Of a stretch of 64,000 nt of DNA, positions 1 through 9,300 are shown piece after piece (within the stretch, counting starts at the first letter, position 1; each line of letters starts with the position of its first letter). The DNA is taken from assembly GCA_021813945.1 (NCBI GenBank), contig JAKAJD010000002.1:173936-237935 (forward strand), in the 5' to 3' direction. Both the position numbers and the translations under genes were made by a program. The notes below the pieces were generated by a model. It did no database searches. It was not told the origin of the DNA and saw only the letters and a program-made list of their open reading frames with translations. Source of the DNA: a bacterium. Lineage in GTDB: Bacteria; Patescibacteriota; Microgenomatia; Curtissbacterales; GWA2-41-24.

Positions 1-538
1 TTTTATACCATTTCGGGTCAATCAAGCCGGGGTTATTCCAATAATTTTTGCGGTTTCCCTTATCCTTCTACCAACAACTTTCGGCAGATTCTTTGAAAGA
101 TCTCCAAATGTTTTTCTGGCTAATCTTGCTCAAGAGTTGCAGCGCTTATTTTCGCCCGGAAATAACGTTTATAGTGCGGTTTACTTTTTTCTAGTCATAA
201 TTTTTACATATTTTTATACAACTGTTGCTTTCAACACTAAACAAATTTCAGAAATGCTTATGAAACAAGGCGGATTTTTGCCTGGAATCCGTCCTGGATC
301 CCCAACAAAAAAATATCTTGATTATGTATCTTTAAGAGTCACTCTTTTCGGGGCAATCTTTTTGGGAATTATTGCAGTCCTGCCATCTATTGCTCAGCGC
401 TTAACGGGAATCAATAATCTTTTAATTGGCGGTACTGGGATATTAATAGTTGTTGCTGTAATTTTGGAAACCACCAAGCAAGTAGAGTCTCATTTAGTGA
501 TGAGCGATTATGATGCATTTTTGAAAAAAAGAGGTTAA
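1..538 (+). CDS. secY: Preprotein translocase SecY, C-terminal part (5' truncated by window edge)
   Basis: An open frame runs from the window start to the stop at 538. The translation (…FIPFRVNQAGVIPIIFA…LPSIAQRLTGINNLLIGGTGILIVVAVILET…) is a typical SecY C-terminus. It sits directly upstream of adk-map-infA, the conserved operon order. Confidence 0.85.
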   Translation, partial: FIPFRVNQAGVIPIIFAVSLILLPTTFGRFFERSPNVFLANLAQELQRLFSPGNNVYSAVYFFLVIIFTYFYTTVAFNTKQISEMLMKQGGFLPGIRPGSPTKKYLDYVSLRVTLFGAIFLGIIAVLPSIAQRLTGINNLLIGGTGILIVVAVILETTKQVESHLVMSDYDAFLKKRG

Positions 539-539
539 T

Positions 540-1094
540 GTGAAATTTATTTTTTTAGGAGGTCAAGGATCAGGTAAATCAACTCAAGCAAAACTTTTGG
601 CTGATTATCTAAATTTGCCCCTGGTTGAAATGGGTCAAATTTTTCGCGAAAAATCACAAGATCAAGACGAAGAAGGTTTGGCTATTCGCGAACGCTTATC
701 AGCAGGAGAACTCGTTCCAGATAATATCGCAGTCAAAGCCCTAAAGGAAAAGCTCAACAATTCGGAATTTAGAAATGGTTATATTCTAGACGGTTATCCC
801 AGAAATGCTGCTCAACTTGCAGGACTCCAGAAAGATATTGATAAAGTATTTTTTGTAAAAGTTTCAGACGAAGAAGCAATAAAAAGACTTAGTCTCAGGG
901 CGAGATCAGACGACACAAAAGAGGCGCTTGAAAGAAGACTTCAAATTTATCACGAGCAGACAGAACCCTTGCTTGAGCAATTTGAAAAAGACGGAAAACT
1001 TGTCACAATAAACGGCGAACGAGAAATAGAAGAAATTCACAAAGATATCAAAGAAAGAGTTGCAAATTATGAAAAGCAATTGGATCAAAACTGA
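540..1094 (+). CDS. adk: Adenylate kinase
   Basis: GTG start. P-loop GGQGSGKSTQ. The order secY-adk-map is conserved. Confidence 0.9.
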   Translation: MKFIFLGGQGSGKSTQAKLLADYLNLPLVEMGQIFREKSQDQDEEGLAIRERLSAGELVPDNIAVKALKEKLNNSEFRNGYILDGYPRNAAQLAGLQKDIDKVFFVKVSDEEAIKRLSLRARSDDTKEALERRLQIYHEQTEPLLEQFEKDGKLVTINGEREIEEIHKDIKERVANYEKQLDQN

Positions 1095-1824
1095 AAAAGA
1101 AATAGAACTTATGAAAAAATCAGGACAAATTTGTGCCAAAGCATTAAAAAAAGTGCGCGAAAATATCAAACCTGGAGTAACCTGTAAAGAGCTCGATGAT
1201 ATTGCCCGAAAAGAAATAGAAAGGCAAGGAGCAACATCTTCTTTTATGACAGTCGAAGATTACAAATATACTATTTGCACAACAGTCAACGAACAAGTTG
1301 TTCATGCAATCCCAACAGATCGCCCTTTAAAAGATGGTGACATAGTGGGAATAGATATTGGTGCCTTATACAAAGGCTATCATAGCGATCTGGCTTACAC
1401 TCAACCGGTTGGTGCTGTCACGCCTGACACCCAAAATTTCCTCTCAGTAGGTCAGTCAGCTCTCAAATCAGCAATTCAAAAAGCTTTTCCTGGCAATAAA
1501 ATCGGTGATATTTCAGCTGTAATACAGAATTCAATAGAAGGTTCAGGATACGCTGTCGTGAAAGAGTTAACAGGCCATGGAGTCGGGAAAAAACTGCACG
1601 AAGAGCCATTTATTCCATGTTTTGGAAAACCAAATACTGGACCCATAATTTCAGAAAACATGACTTTAGCAGTAGAGGTTATCTACACTGCTGGTTCTGG
1701 TGAAATTGGCCTGGAGTCAGACAATTGGACAATTTCAGCAGCAGATGGTTCTTTAGGGGGTTTATTTGAACAAACTATTTTGACAACAAAATCAGGGCCT
1801 GTAGTGTTGACGCCGTACCTATAA
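1060..1824 (+). CDS. map: Methionine aminopeptidase type I (true start may be the ATG at 1069)
   Basis: The N-terminus IKTEKEIELMKKSGQICAKAL, the metal-ligand region and the HGVG motif match the MetAP-I family. The conserved operon position supports the call. Confidence 0.9.
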   Translation: MQIMKSNWIKTEKEIELMKKSGQICAKALKKVRENIKPGVTCKELDDIARKEIERQGATSSFMTVEDYKYTICTTVNEQVVHAIPTDRPLKDGDIVGIDIGALYKGYHSDLAYTQPVGAVTPDTQNFLSVGQSALKSAIQKAFPGNKIGDISAVIQNSIEGSGYAVVKELTGHGVGKKLHEEPFIPCFGKPNTGPIISENMTLAVEVIYTAGSGEIGLESDNWTISAADGSLGGLFEQTILTTKSGPVVLTPYL

Positions 1825-1850
1825 ATTATGTAAAATAATCGTCTAGATAA

Positions 1851-2093
1851 ATGACAAAATCAGGTGTAATAGAAATTCAAGGAGAAGTCACAGAAGCACT
1901 GCCAAATACAATGTTTAGAGTTAAGGTTTCGCAAGGCCAATTGCCTAATGTTGAAGGTGACACAATTGTGCTTTGTCACCTCTCTGGAAAAATGAGAATT
2001 CATTATGTCAGAATTTTGCCTGGGGATAAAGTTAAACTCGAACTAACGCCTTATGATTTAACCAAAGGAAGGATAACTTATAGGTTAGGATAA
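1851..2093 (+). CDS. infA: Translation initiation factor IF-1
   Basis: 80 aa with an S1-like fold ([22 protein letters not shown]…HLSGKMR). The position before rpmJ is conserved. Confidence 0.9.
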   Translation: MTKSGVIEIQGEVTEALPNTMFRVKVSQGQLPNVEGDTIVLCHLSGKMRIHYVRILPGDKVKLELTPYDLTKGRITYRLG

Positions 2094-2096
2094 AAT

Positions 2097-2210
2097 ATGA
2101 AAGTTCAAGCTAGTGTAAAAAAACGTTGTGTAAATTGTAAAATCGTCAAAAGAAAGGGCATGCTTTATGTCATTTGCATAAATCCACGCCACAAGCAAAG
2201 ACAAGGATAA
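2097..2210 (+). CDS. rpmJ: 50S ribosomal protein L36
   Basis: This 37-aa ORF is absent from the ORF track because it is under 60 aa. Translation [37 protein letters not shown] has the canonical L36 zinc-ribbon sequence. It lies between infA and rpsM. Confidence 0.85.
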   Translation: MKVQASVKKRCVNCKIVKRKGMLYVICINPRHKQRQG

Positions 2211-2212
2211 AA

Positions 2213-2608
2213 ATGGCAAGAATTGCAGGAGTTGATTTACCGAACGAGAAAAGAATAGAGGCATCATTACCTTATATTTTTGGCATTGGTCCGACTTTGG
2301 CCAAAAAGATAATCGTAGCCTGCAATATCGATCCGGAAAAGAGAACAAAAAATTTAACAGAAGACGAGGTTAATAAACTTCAAAAAGAAGTCGAAAATTA
2401 TAAAGTCGAAGGTGATCTAAGAAGGGAAATTCAGGGAAACATCAAGCGCCTTCAAGAAATTGGAACCTATCGAGGTTTGCGGCATTCCAAAGGTCTGCCT
2501 GTCAGGGGTCAGCGTACAAGGGTCAATGCAAGGACCAAAAGGGGTAAACGAATGACAATTGGGACTGTGAGAAAAGAAGTAGTAGCCAAAATGGCAGCAA
2601 CTAAGTAA
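2213..2608 (+). CDS. rpsM: 30S ribosomal protein S13
   Basis: [27 protein letters not shown]… is a canonical S13 N-terminus. The ATG at 2213 is preferred to the upstream in-frame ATG at 2174, which overlaps rpmJ. Confidence 0.9.
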   Translation: MARIAGVDLPNEKRIEASLPYIFGIGPTLAKKIIVACNIDPEKRTKNLTEDEVNKLQKEVENYKVEGDLRREIQGNIKRLQEIGTYRGLRHSKGLPVRGQRTRVNARTKRGKRMTIGTVRKEVVAKMAATK

Positions 2609-2618
2609 ATCCTAATTT

Positions 2619-3008
2619 ATGGCAAAAGTAACCAAAAAAACAAAAAAATCGCAAATCAAAAAAACAAGCCACGCAAAGGCTTATGTTACTGCGACTTTTA
2701 ATAACACCTTAGTGACCCTTACGGATACAAGCGGCCAAACTATTGCTTGGGGTTCCGCAGGTGCTTCTAATTTCAAAGGTGCCAGAAAATCGACTCCATA
2801 TGCTGCAACTACAGTTGTTGAAGGGGTCGCCAAAAAAGCCAAAGAACTTGGTGTTCAAAGCGTGGAAATTTACGTCAAAGGACCCGGGCCGGGCCGGGAC
2901 AGCTCGATTCGGGCTTTCAAAGCGGCTGGCCTAAATATCACCATGATAGCCGATGTTACACCAATTCCGCACAATGGCCCGCGGGCCCAAAAAAGGAGAA
3001 GAGTTTAA
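2619..3008 (+). CDS. rpsK: 30S ribosomal protein S11
   Basis: …AYVTATFNNTLVTLTDTSGQTIAWGSAG…IRAFKAAGLNITMIADVTPIPHNG… is an S11 hallmark sequence. Confidence 0.9.
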   Translation: MAKVTKKTKKSQIKKTSHAKAYVTATFNNTLVTLTDTSGQTIAWGSAGASNFKGARKSTPYAATTVVEGVAKKAKELGVQSVEIYVKGPGPGRDSSIRAFKAAGLNITMIADVTPIPHNGPRAQKRRRV

Positions 3009-3149
3009 TGGGTCTGAAAGAAGCAGCAGTTGCTATTGGCCATGATATCGTAGGACTTATGCTAGGGCATGGAAGCTCAAGAACGGTTGATGCCTATCAA
3101 CTAATGCCTCAAACGGGTAAATTTATTTTCACACAAGGAGAACAAAAAC

Positions 3150-3758
3150 ATGGCTAGATATACCGGACCAAAACACAAATTATGTCGGGCTGAAGGAGTT
3201 GCACTTTGTGGATCTCCAAAATGCCCGGTTATCAGAAAAAACGCCGGTCCTCCCGGTCAACATGGCCAAAAGGGGAGAAGAAAAATATCGGAATACGGAA
3301 CACAACTTAGAGAAAAACAAAAGGTCAAAAGAATGTATGGTGTTTTAGAAAGACAATTCAGAAGATACTACGGCCTTGCTTCTAAAAAGAAAGAAGCCAC
3401 AGGTGAAGCATTATTGGAACTTCTTGAAACAAGGCTTGATAATGCCGTCTACAGGCTAAATTTGGCATCAAGTCGTCAGCAGGCAAGGCAACTGGTTTCG
3501 CATGGCCACGTTTTTGTTAACAATAAAAAGGTGACTATTCCTTCATATAATGTTAAAATTGGCGACATTGTATCGCTTTCTCCAAAAGCAACAAATTTCG
3601 ATTTTATTAAGAAATTACAAGAAGCAACAAAAGAAAGCACAATTCCTGCCTGGCTTGAGAAAAAGGCAACTGTCGGCAAAATTAAATCTAATCCAAAAAG
3701 AGAAGATATAGATGCAGAAGTAAACGAAAGGTTAATTGTAGAATTTTACTCAAGATAG
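3150..3758 (+). CDS. rpsD: 30S ribosomal protein S4
   Basis: MARYTGPKHKLCRAEGVAL…, an S4 N-terminus followed by an S4 RNA-binding domain. Confidence 0.9.
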   Translation: MARYTGPKHKLCRAEGVALCGSPKCPVIRKNAGPPGQHGQKGRRKISEYGTQLREKQKVKRMYGVLERQFRRYYGLASKKKEATGEALLELLETRLDNAVYRLNLASSRQQARQLVSHGHVFVNNKKVTIPSYNVKIGDIVSLSPKATNFDFIKKLQEATKESTIPAWLEKKATVGKIKSNPKREDIDAEVNERLIVEFYSR

Positions 3759-3776
3759 GAGGTGAACTGATAAAAA

Positions 3777-4706
3777 ATGATAGATTTATCTCAAATAGAA
3801 GTTGAAACAGAAAAAGAAACTGACGATTTTGGTAAGTTCACGATAGAGCCGTTAGACCAAGGTTATGGTCACACCATAGGTAACTCCCTAAGACGTGTGC
3901 TATTAAGCTCTTTGACTGGAGCTGCAATAACTCAGGTAAAAATTTCCGGAGTACGTCATCAATTTACCTCAATGGCTGGTATGTCCGAAGATATAGTTGA
4001 ATTTATTCTAAACCTCAAAAAGGTAAGGCTTGTTATCTCTTCAGACAAACCGGTTAAACTAACACTAGATGCCAAAGGTCCTGGCGAAGTTAAAGCCAAG
4101 GATATTGTTCCAAGCGCTGGCTGCGAAATTATTAACAAAGATCTAGTACTTGCTCATTTAGCAGATTCTAAATCCCGACTTTCGGCAACTATAATCGCCG
4201 AAAGTGGTAGAGGTTATTCTCTTGCAGACGAGCGAAAAACTGGCGAGATTGGCGTTATTCCAATCGATGCCAATTTCTCACCTGTTGTCAAAGTTGACTA
4301 CAAAGTAGAAGCAACTCGTATTGGAAGGGTAACTAATTACGACAAGCTGACTCTTGTCATAACAACAGATGGGACCCTTAAGCCATCGGATGCGCTAAAA
4401 GGGGCGGCAAAAATTTTAGTTGATCATTTCTCAACAATTTATTCACCGCAGCCTGTTGTTAAAAAACAAACCGAACAAACAAGTGAGGTTCAGCAAGCAG
4501 CATCAGAAGAGGACCTAAAGGTTTCTCTTGAGGAATTAGATCTTCCAGTTAGGTTAACCAATAGCCTCAAGGCAGGCAAAATAGAAACGATTGGCGATTT
4601 TCTTGCAAGCGACAGAAAAAGCTTGATGAAGATGAAAAATATGGGACCAAAATCAATTGCGATGGTCGAGGAAAAACTTAAAGAGAGGGGAATGCAGGTA
4701 AAGTGA
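3777..4706 (+). CDS. rpoA: DNA-directed RNA polymerase alpha subunit
   Basis: 309 aa. The N-terminal dimerisation domain (FGKFTIEPLDQGYGHTIGNSLRRVLLSS) and the C-terminal alphaCTD are present. The position after rpsD is conserved. Confidence 0.9.
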   Translation: MIDLSQIEVETEKETDDFGKFTIEPLDQGYGHTIGNSLRRVLLSSLTGAAITQVKISGVRHQFTSMAGMSEDIVEFILNLKKVRLVISSDKPVKLTLDAKGPGEVKAKDIVPSAGCEIINKDLVLAHLADSKSRLSATIIAESGRGYSLADERKTGEIGVIPIDANFSPVVKVDYKVEATRIGRVTNYDKLTLVITTDGTLKPSDALKGAAKILVDHFSTIYSPQPVVKKQTEQTSEVQQAASEEDLKVSLEELDLPVRLTNSLKAGKIETIGDFLASDRKSLMKMKNMGPKSIAMVEEKLKERGMQVK

Positions 4707-5194
4707 GACACGCAGTATTTGGCCGAAAGCTTGGAAGGGATATTAATTCCAGAAAAGCTCTTTTGAATAACTTGTCGGGAGCTTTAATTTTAAATGGTTC
4801 TGTAACTACCACTTTGGCAAAAACCAAGTTTGTAAAGCCTTATGTGGAAAAAATGGTTACTTCAGCGAAAGTTGCAAAGCTTGGATCTAGACGCGTTTTG
4901 GCATCAAGCCTGCCAAAAGCTGCCTTTAAAAGACTGACCGAGGAAATTGCGCCTGGCTTTCAAGCAAGAGCCGGTGGTTATACACGTATCATCAAATTAG
5001 CTACAAGGCGGGGTGATGCTGCTGCTATGGCTCGTATTGAATTTCTTGCTTGGGAGAAACCAAAGACATCACCAGCTAAAGCCAAAGCTCAGGTTAAAAA
5101 AGGGAAAGCAGAATTAAAGACGAAAAAAGCCGCTGCCAAAAAATCTCCCAAAAAAGAGCCAAAGAAAAGCTCGGTCAAAAAAGTTAAAAAATGA
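4703..5194 (+). CDS. rplQ: 50S ribosomal protein L17 with a lysine/alanine-rich C-terminal extension
   Basis: GTG start overlapping the rpoA stop. MRHAVFGRKLGRDINSRKALLNNL is L17. The C-terminal ~45 aa are KAKAQVKKGKAELKTKKAAAKKSPKKEPKK…. Confidence 0.85.
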   Translation: MRHAVFGRKLGRDINSRKALLNNLSGALILNGSVTTTLAKTKFVKPYVEKMVTSAKVAKLGSRRVLASSLPKAAFKRLTEEIAPGFQARAGGYTRIIKLATRRGDAAAMARIEFLAWEKPKTSPAKAKAQVKKGKAELKTKKAAAKKSPKKEPKKSSVKKVKK

Positions 5195-5601
5195 AAACTC
5201 TAAAACCAAAAGATATAAAAAGAGAATGGCATCTTATAGACGCTAAGGAAAAAATTCTTGGCAGGCTTTCCACAGAAGTTGCAATGCATTTGATGGGTAA
5301 AAATAAAAGCATTTATTCTCCAAATTTGGACACTGGTGATTTTGTTGTTGTCATAAATGCCCAGAAAGTAGCTCTTTCCGGCAAAAAAGAAAAACAAAAA
5401 AAGTACTATCGCCATTCAGGCTATCCCGGAGGATTATATATGCAAACTGCAGCACAAGTCAGACAACATAAACCGGAAAATTTAATCAGGAATGCGGTTG
5501 AGGGCATGCTTCCTAAAACCAAGATGGGTAAAATCATGCTTAAAAAACTTTATGTTTATCCATCCACGAGCCATCCCTATCAAAGTAAATTCAAAAATTA
5601 A
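5191..5601 (+). CDS. rplM: 50S ribosomal protein L13
   Basis: …WHLIDAKEKILGRLSTEVAMHLMGKNK… is an L13 family sequence. Confidence 0.9.
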   Translation: MKTLKPKDIKREWHLIDAKEKILGRLSTEVAMHLMGKNKSIYSPNLDTGDFVVVINAQKVALSGKKEKQKKYYRHSGYPGGLYMQTAAQVRQHKPENLIRNAVEGMLPKTKMGKIMLKKLYVYPSTSHPYQSKFKN

Positions 5602-5603
5602 AA

Positions 5604-6020
5604 ATGGAAGAAACAAAAACGACCAAATCAAAACCATATATACATGCTGTCGGACGCAGAAAAGAGGCAGTTGCTCGCGTTAGGCTAACAAAGGGTAGGG
5701 GCGAAAATATCATAAATGGGTTGCCTATAGAAAAATATTTTCCATCGGAAGCATCTAAAACAAAATATCTTAAACCCTTTCATCTGACCAAATCGCAAGA
5801 TTTATACTTTGTTTCCGTTAAAGTCGCTGGGTCAGGGAAAAGCAGTCAACTAGATGCAGTTGTCCATGGAATTGCTCGTGCACTTAACGCAGCTAATAGT
5901 GAATTTAGGCAAAATTTAAAACGCGCGGGACTTTTAACTCGCGATCCTCGCGTTAAAGAACGTCGCAAGTATGGCATGGCTCAAAAAGCCCGAAAAGGAA
6001 AACAGAGTCCAAAGCGATAA
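5604..6020 (+). CDS. rpsI: 30S ribosomal protein S9
   Basis: …GRRKEAVARVRL…GSGKSSQLDAVVHGIARAL…KYGMAQKARKGKQSPKR is an S9 hallmark. Confidence 0.9.
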   Translation: MEETKTTKSKPYIHAVGRRKEAVARVRLTKGRGENIINGLPIEKYFPSEASKTKYLKPFHLTKSQDLYFVSVKVAGSGKSSQLDAVVHGIARALNAANSEFRQNLKRAGLLTRDPRVKERRKYGMAQKARKGKQSPKR

Positions 6021-6108
6021 TTATCAGTCCTCAACTATGCTTCATGGCTCTTTTATTACATTAATCCCATTTGAAAATTGTATTTGACTTCTATATAGTC
6101 GTCAGTGC

Positions 6109-7005
6109 ATGAAACTTCCAAAACAAACAGAACAATTGATAAAAAAAAGAAACTCTTTAAGAGAAAAAGGTCTTTTTAAGGAAGCGGATAAAATAAGAGA
6201 AGCTATTTTGTCCCAAGGTTATGAACTTCAAGACAATCATAAAACCAAGATATTTAAAAAAAATTCAAAGCCAAAACCAAAATTTATAATTATTTTCGGT
6301 TCAGGTGAAATATCTCATAACGGCAGAAGAATACATGAACGAGCGTTTTCCCAAATCGGCAAAAAAAATATACAAATTTCGATAATAACTACACCTGCCG
6401 GTTTTCAACCTAACGTAAAGGTGGTTCACGAAGAAATCGCCCAATTTTTTTCCAATCATCTTAAAAACTTTAAACCCCAAATTAATATAATTTACGCAAA
6501 TAATAAAAACTTAGCCAACGATAAAAAAATAATCCAACCATTGGATAAAGCCGATTACATAATGGTTGGACCCGGGAGTCCAACGTATGCGGTTAATAAT
6601 CTAAAAGACACTCTTCTTCTTGAAAAAATTAAAGAAAAAATAAAGCAAGATACGACATTGGCAATCGCATCCGCTGCTGCCATAGCTTTTTCCAAATACT
6701 GTCTTCCAGTTTATGAAATATATAAAGCCGGTCAGCCGCTTCATTGGCAAAAAGGCCTTAATTTTTATGAAAGTTTTATAAAACCAGTAACAGTAGTTCC
6801 TCATTTTAACAATCATGAAGGAGGTTGGAAAACCGACACGTCTTATTGTTACATGGGAAGAGAGAGATTTACTAAACTTTTTAATTCATTACCTAAAGGT
6901 GAAGAAATCTGGGGAATCGATGAACAAACAGCCGTTATTGTCAACCTTAAAGACAAAAAACCACAAATATTTGGAAAGGGAAGGCTTCAGAAATTAATAG
7001 CTTAA
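6109..7005 (+). CDS. Peptidase S51 (dipeptidase E/cyanophycinase)-like protein with an N-terminal helical domain resembling the cysteinyl-tRNA synthetase C-terminal motif
   Basis: Segments YIMVGPGSPTYAV, IASAAAIAF (Ser aligned with the S51 nucleophile in GWSAGA) and VVPHFNNHEGG resemble PepE motifs VGGGNT, GxSAGA and NPHF. The N-terminus LREKGLFKEADKIREAILSQGYELQD resembles the CysRS C-terminal helix. Assignment is from memory only. Confidence 0.45.
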   Translation: MKLPKQTEQLIKKRNSLREKGLFKEADKIREAILSQGYELQDNHKTKIFKKNSKPKPKFIIIFGSGEISHNGRRIHERAFSQIGKKNIQISIITTPAGFQPNVKVVHEEIAQFFSNHLKNFKPQINIIYANNKNLANDKKIIQPLDKADYIMVGPGSPTYAVNNLKDTLLLEKIKEKIKQDTTLAIASAAAIAFSKYCLPVYEIYKAGQPLHWQKGLNFYESFIKPVTVVPHFNNHEGGWKTDTSYCYMGRERFTKLFNSLPKGEEIWGIDEQTAVIVNLKDKKPQIFGKGRLQKLIA

Positions 7006-7260
7006 TTCGGACCTAAAATGACAAACGAAATCCCCACCCATGCGAACATGTCAGCAATCTTTAATTAATCTAGCTTTTTTGTTCGGTCTTTCAAAGCCTC
7101 TCTTCGAATCCTTGCAGATTCGATTGGTGAGAAGGTTAATGGTAGTGGAACTTCCATCCCTTTTAAAATCGGAGTGACCTTGCTGGCTACTCCGTCGGGA
7201 ACAGAAGTGAAAGAGGGTTCTCCCTCTATTCTCCCATCCATGATTAAACCTTAAAAAAAC

Positions 7261-7286
7261 CGCCCGCCATTTCTGGCGACCGTTTT
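7261..7286 (+). terminator. Imperfect GC-rich hairpin (CGCCA-tttc-TGGCG core) followed by a T-run; putative intrinsic terminator
   Basis: Sequence aaaaaaaccgcccgccatttctggcgaccgtttt. It lies ~260 nt downstream of the 6109-7005 CDS. Confidence 0.4.
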
Positions 7287-7349
7287 GAAGATTTTACAGT
7301 GTTAGGTATGTAACTGTCAACAAAAAATAGAGTTGATATAATTTATAAG

Positions 7350-7943
7350 ATGAAGATTAAGTGGAACCAGGTTACTTGGTATTCAAAAACATTAGCTTTG
7401 GCTATGTTCATAATTTTTCCAATACTTGCTTTCTATTTGGGCATTGTTTATCAAAAACAACGCCAAACTATTGCCACCGTTAATTCCCCTCAACGGGCTA
7501 ATGACCTTCTAAACTCACCGAATCCATCTCCAGTGTCCACCCAAATCGTCAACACCAGTAACCAAAATTTAAATAGTGGAATCAACGCCACCTCATATTG
7601 TATTGAAAAAATAGACAAAATTCCTTGTGTCGGCGGTTTAATTGTCAAATCAAAGACTGGTATGGAAATTACAAGACAAATCTCTGGAAAAACCGGCAAG
7701 TTTAAAATTTTTCTAAATCCCGGAAATTACAATCTAGAAGTAATTCCACAAGATACCAACTATACTGTTCTGAGAGCTAACCCGCAATCAATAGTTGTCA
7801 ACGAAAACCAATTTACTTCTGTAGAAGTAACTTATTGGACTGGTTTAAGGTCTTCATCTTCTTATTCGGAAGGTTGCCCAAGCGGTCAAGTAGCTCTGTA
7901 CGAGGGAGGAACTTTTTCAGGCTGCGCAAATCCGAGCCAATAA
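7350..7943 (+). CDS. Hypothetical secreted/membrane-anchored protein (N-terminal TM helix, Cys-containing C-terminal region)
   Basis: 197-aa ORF with a hydrophobic N-terminal segment. A TTGATATAAT-like -10 element lies upstream. No family recognised. Confidence 0.45.
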   Translation: MKIKWNQVTWYSKTLALAMFIIFPILAFYLGIVYQKQRQTIATVNSPQRANDLLNSPNPSPVSTQIVNTSNQNLNSGINATSYCIEKIDKIPCVGGLIVKSKTGMEITRQISGKTGKFKIFLNPGNYNLEVIPQDTNYTVLRANPQSIVVNENQFTSVEVTYWTGLRSSSSYSEGCPSGQVALYEGGTFSGCANPSQ

Positions 7944-7950
7944 CAATCTG

Positions 7951-8021
7951 TCGGGGAGGGGAGAATCGAACTCCCGATACACCACCCCCAGCGGTGTGTG
8001 TTACCACTATACTACTCCCCG
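7951..8021 (-). tRNA. tRNA-Pro (anticodon GGG), 71 nt, CCA not encoded
   Basis: Reverse complement CGGGGAGTAGTATAGTGGTAACACACACCGCTGGGGGTGGTGTATCGGGAGTTCGATTCTCCCCTCCCCGA. It has a 7-bp acceptor stem, U8, a GG-containing D-loop, an anticodon stem CACCG/TGGTG with loop CTGGGGG (anticodon GGG, G37), and T-arm GGGAG-TTCGATT-CTCCC. There is one A•C mismatch in the D-stem. Confidence 0.8.
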
Positions 8022-8229
8022 GCGCATCCTAGAAATGATACCACTACTTTTTCTGAAAGAAAAAGCAAGGTTCTGGGAGAAATTTGCGATAATTCAAATC
8101 CGGGCAAATTTCGAACAGGTCCTTATACTACTCCCCGTCGTCGGAACAAATTATATCAAGCGCAAGTTACAACCTCCAGGGTCAGCCCTTGTTTTTTGAT
8201 TTGATCTATAGTAAAACTACTATGATTTA

Positions 8230-9297
8230 ATGAACACTTCAGACGCCAAAAAACAGGCAATAGCAACAGCAATTTCCCAAATCGAAAAAGCATACGGCAA
8301 AGGATCTATCATGAAAATGGGGGAATCCGTCGGCAAATTTGAAATCGAAGTTGTTCCAACAGGTTGTCTACCAGTAGATGTTGCACTTGGAACCGGTGGC
8401 CTTCCTCGCGGCAGGATAATCGAGATCTTTGGGCCGGAAGCATCCGGTAAAACAACACTCACCCTATCAGCTATCGCTCAAGCCCAAAAAAACGGCGGAA
8501 GCGCAGCGCTTATTGATGCCGAGCATGCGTTAGATCCGGCTTGGGCACAAAAAGTTGGTGTTAATTTAGACGATCTTTTAATCTCTCAACCCGACACTGG
8601 TGAGCAAGCTTTGGAAATTACTGAAACTTTAATTCGGTCCGGGGCAATAGATGTTATCGTCATCGATTCCGTTGCCGCTCTTGTTCCTCGCGCCGAAATC
8701 GAAGGCGAAATGGGCGATTCCATGATGGGTGTTCAAGCTCGTCTTATGTCACAAGCTCTGCGAAAATTAACAGGTGTCATTTCCAAATCCAAAACAGTTG
8801 CTATATTTACAAATCAGCTGCGCGAAAAAATCGGAGTTATGTTTGGTAACCCCGAAACTACTCCCGGCGGCCGAGCTCTCAAATTCTACTCATCAGTCCG
8901 TCTAGATATTAGAAAGATCGACAATATAAAAGAAGGCGACAAAGTCATCGGTTCGCGTCACAGGGTAAAAGTTGTTAAAAACAAAGTTGCTCCCCCATTT
9001 AGAATTGCAGAATTCGACATTATGGGCGAAGAGGGAATTTCTAGAGAAGGCGGGCTTCTAGATGTTGCACTAGAAGCTGGCCTGGTTACCAAAAGCGGAG
9101 CATTTTTTAGGTGGGGCACAAAATTAGTTGGACAAGGTCGAGAAAGTACGAAAGGATATTTTAAAGAGCATAAAAAGGATTATGTCCAACTTGAAAAAGA
9201 AATCTGGACCAAAATAAAAAAAGGTCTTTCCACCACAAAAATTACTAATCACGAATCGGAAGACGAAGAAATTTTAGAAGAAATTGCCGCAGCTTAA
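8230..9297 (+). CDS. recA: Recombinase RecA
   Basis: Walker [12 protein letters not shown]1/L2 regions and 355 aa length. An unmistakable RecA sequence. Confidence 0.95.
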   Translation: MNTSDAKKQAIATAISQIEKAYGKGSIMKMGESVGKFEIEVVPTGCLPVDVALGTGGLPRGRIIEIFGPEASGKTTLTLSAIAQAQKNGGSAALIDAEHALDPAWAQKVGVNLDDLLISQPDTGEQALEITETLIRSGAIDVIVIDSVAALVPRAEIEGEMGDSMMGVQARLMSQALRKLTGVISKSKTVAIFTNQLREKIGVMFGNPETTPGGRALKFYSSVRLDIRKIDNIKEGDKVIGSRHRVKVVKNKVAPPFRIAEFDIMGEEGISREGGLLDVALEAGLVTKSGAFFRWGTKLVGQGRESTKGYFKEHKKDYVQLEKEIWTKIKKGLSTTKITNHESEDEEILEEIAAA

Positions 9298-9300
9298 AAC

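Noticed and set aside
906-1169. 87-aa minus-strand ORF antisense to adk/map
   Set aside because: It lies entirely within well-supported plus-strand genes, has a low-complexity Phe/Ile-rich translation typical of AT-rich antisense frames, and has no RBS.
2743-2934. 63-aa ORF in an alternative frame inside rpsK
   Set aside because: It overlaps the conserved S11 coding frame. Spurious.
7813-8204. Several short ORFs (7813-8007 minus; 7835-8032, 7996-8199 and 7998-8204 plus)
   Set aside because: They overlap the tRNA-Pro gene and its flanks. The tRNA call explains the sequence conservation, and the ORFs lack RBSs.
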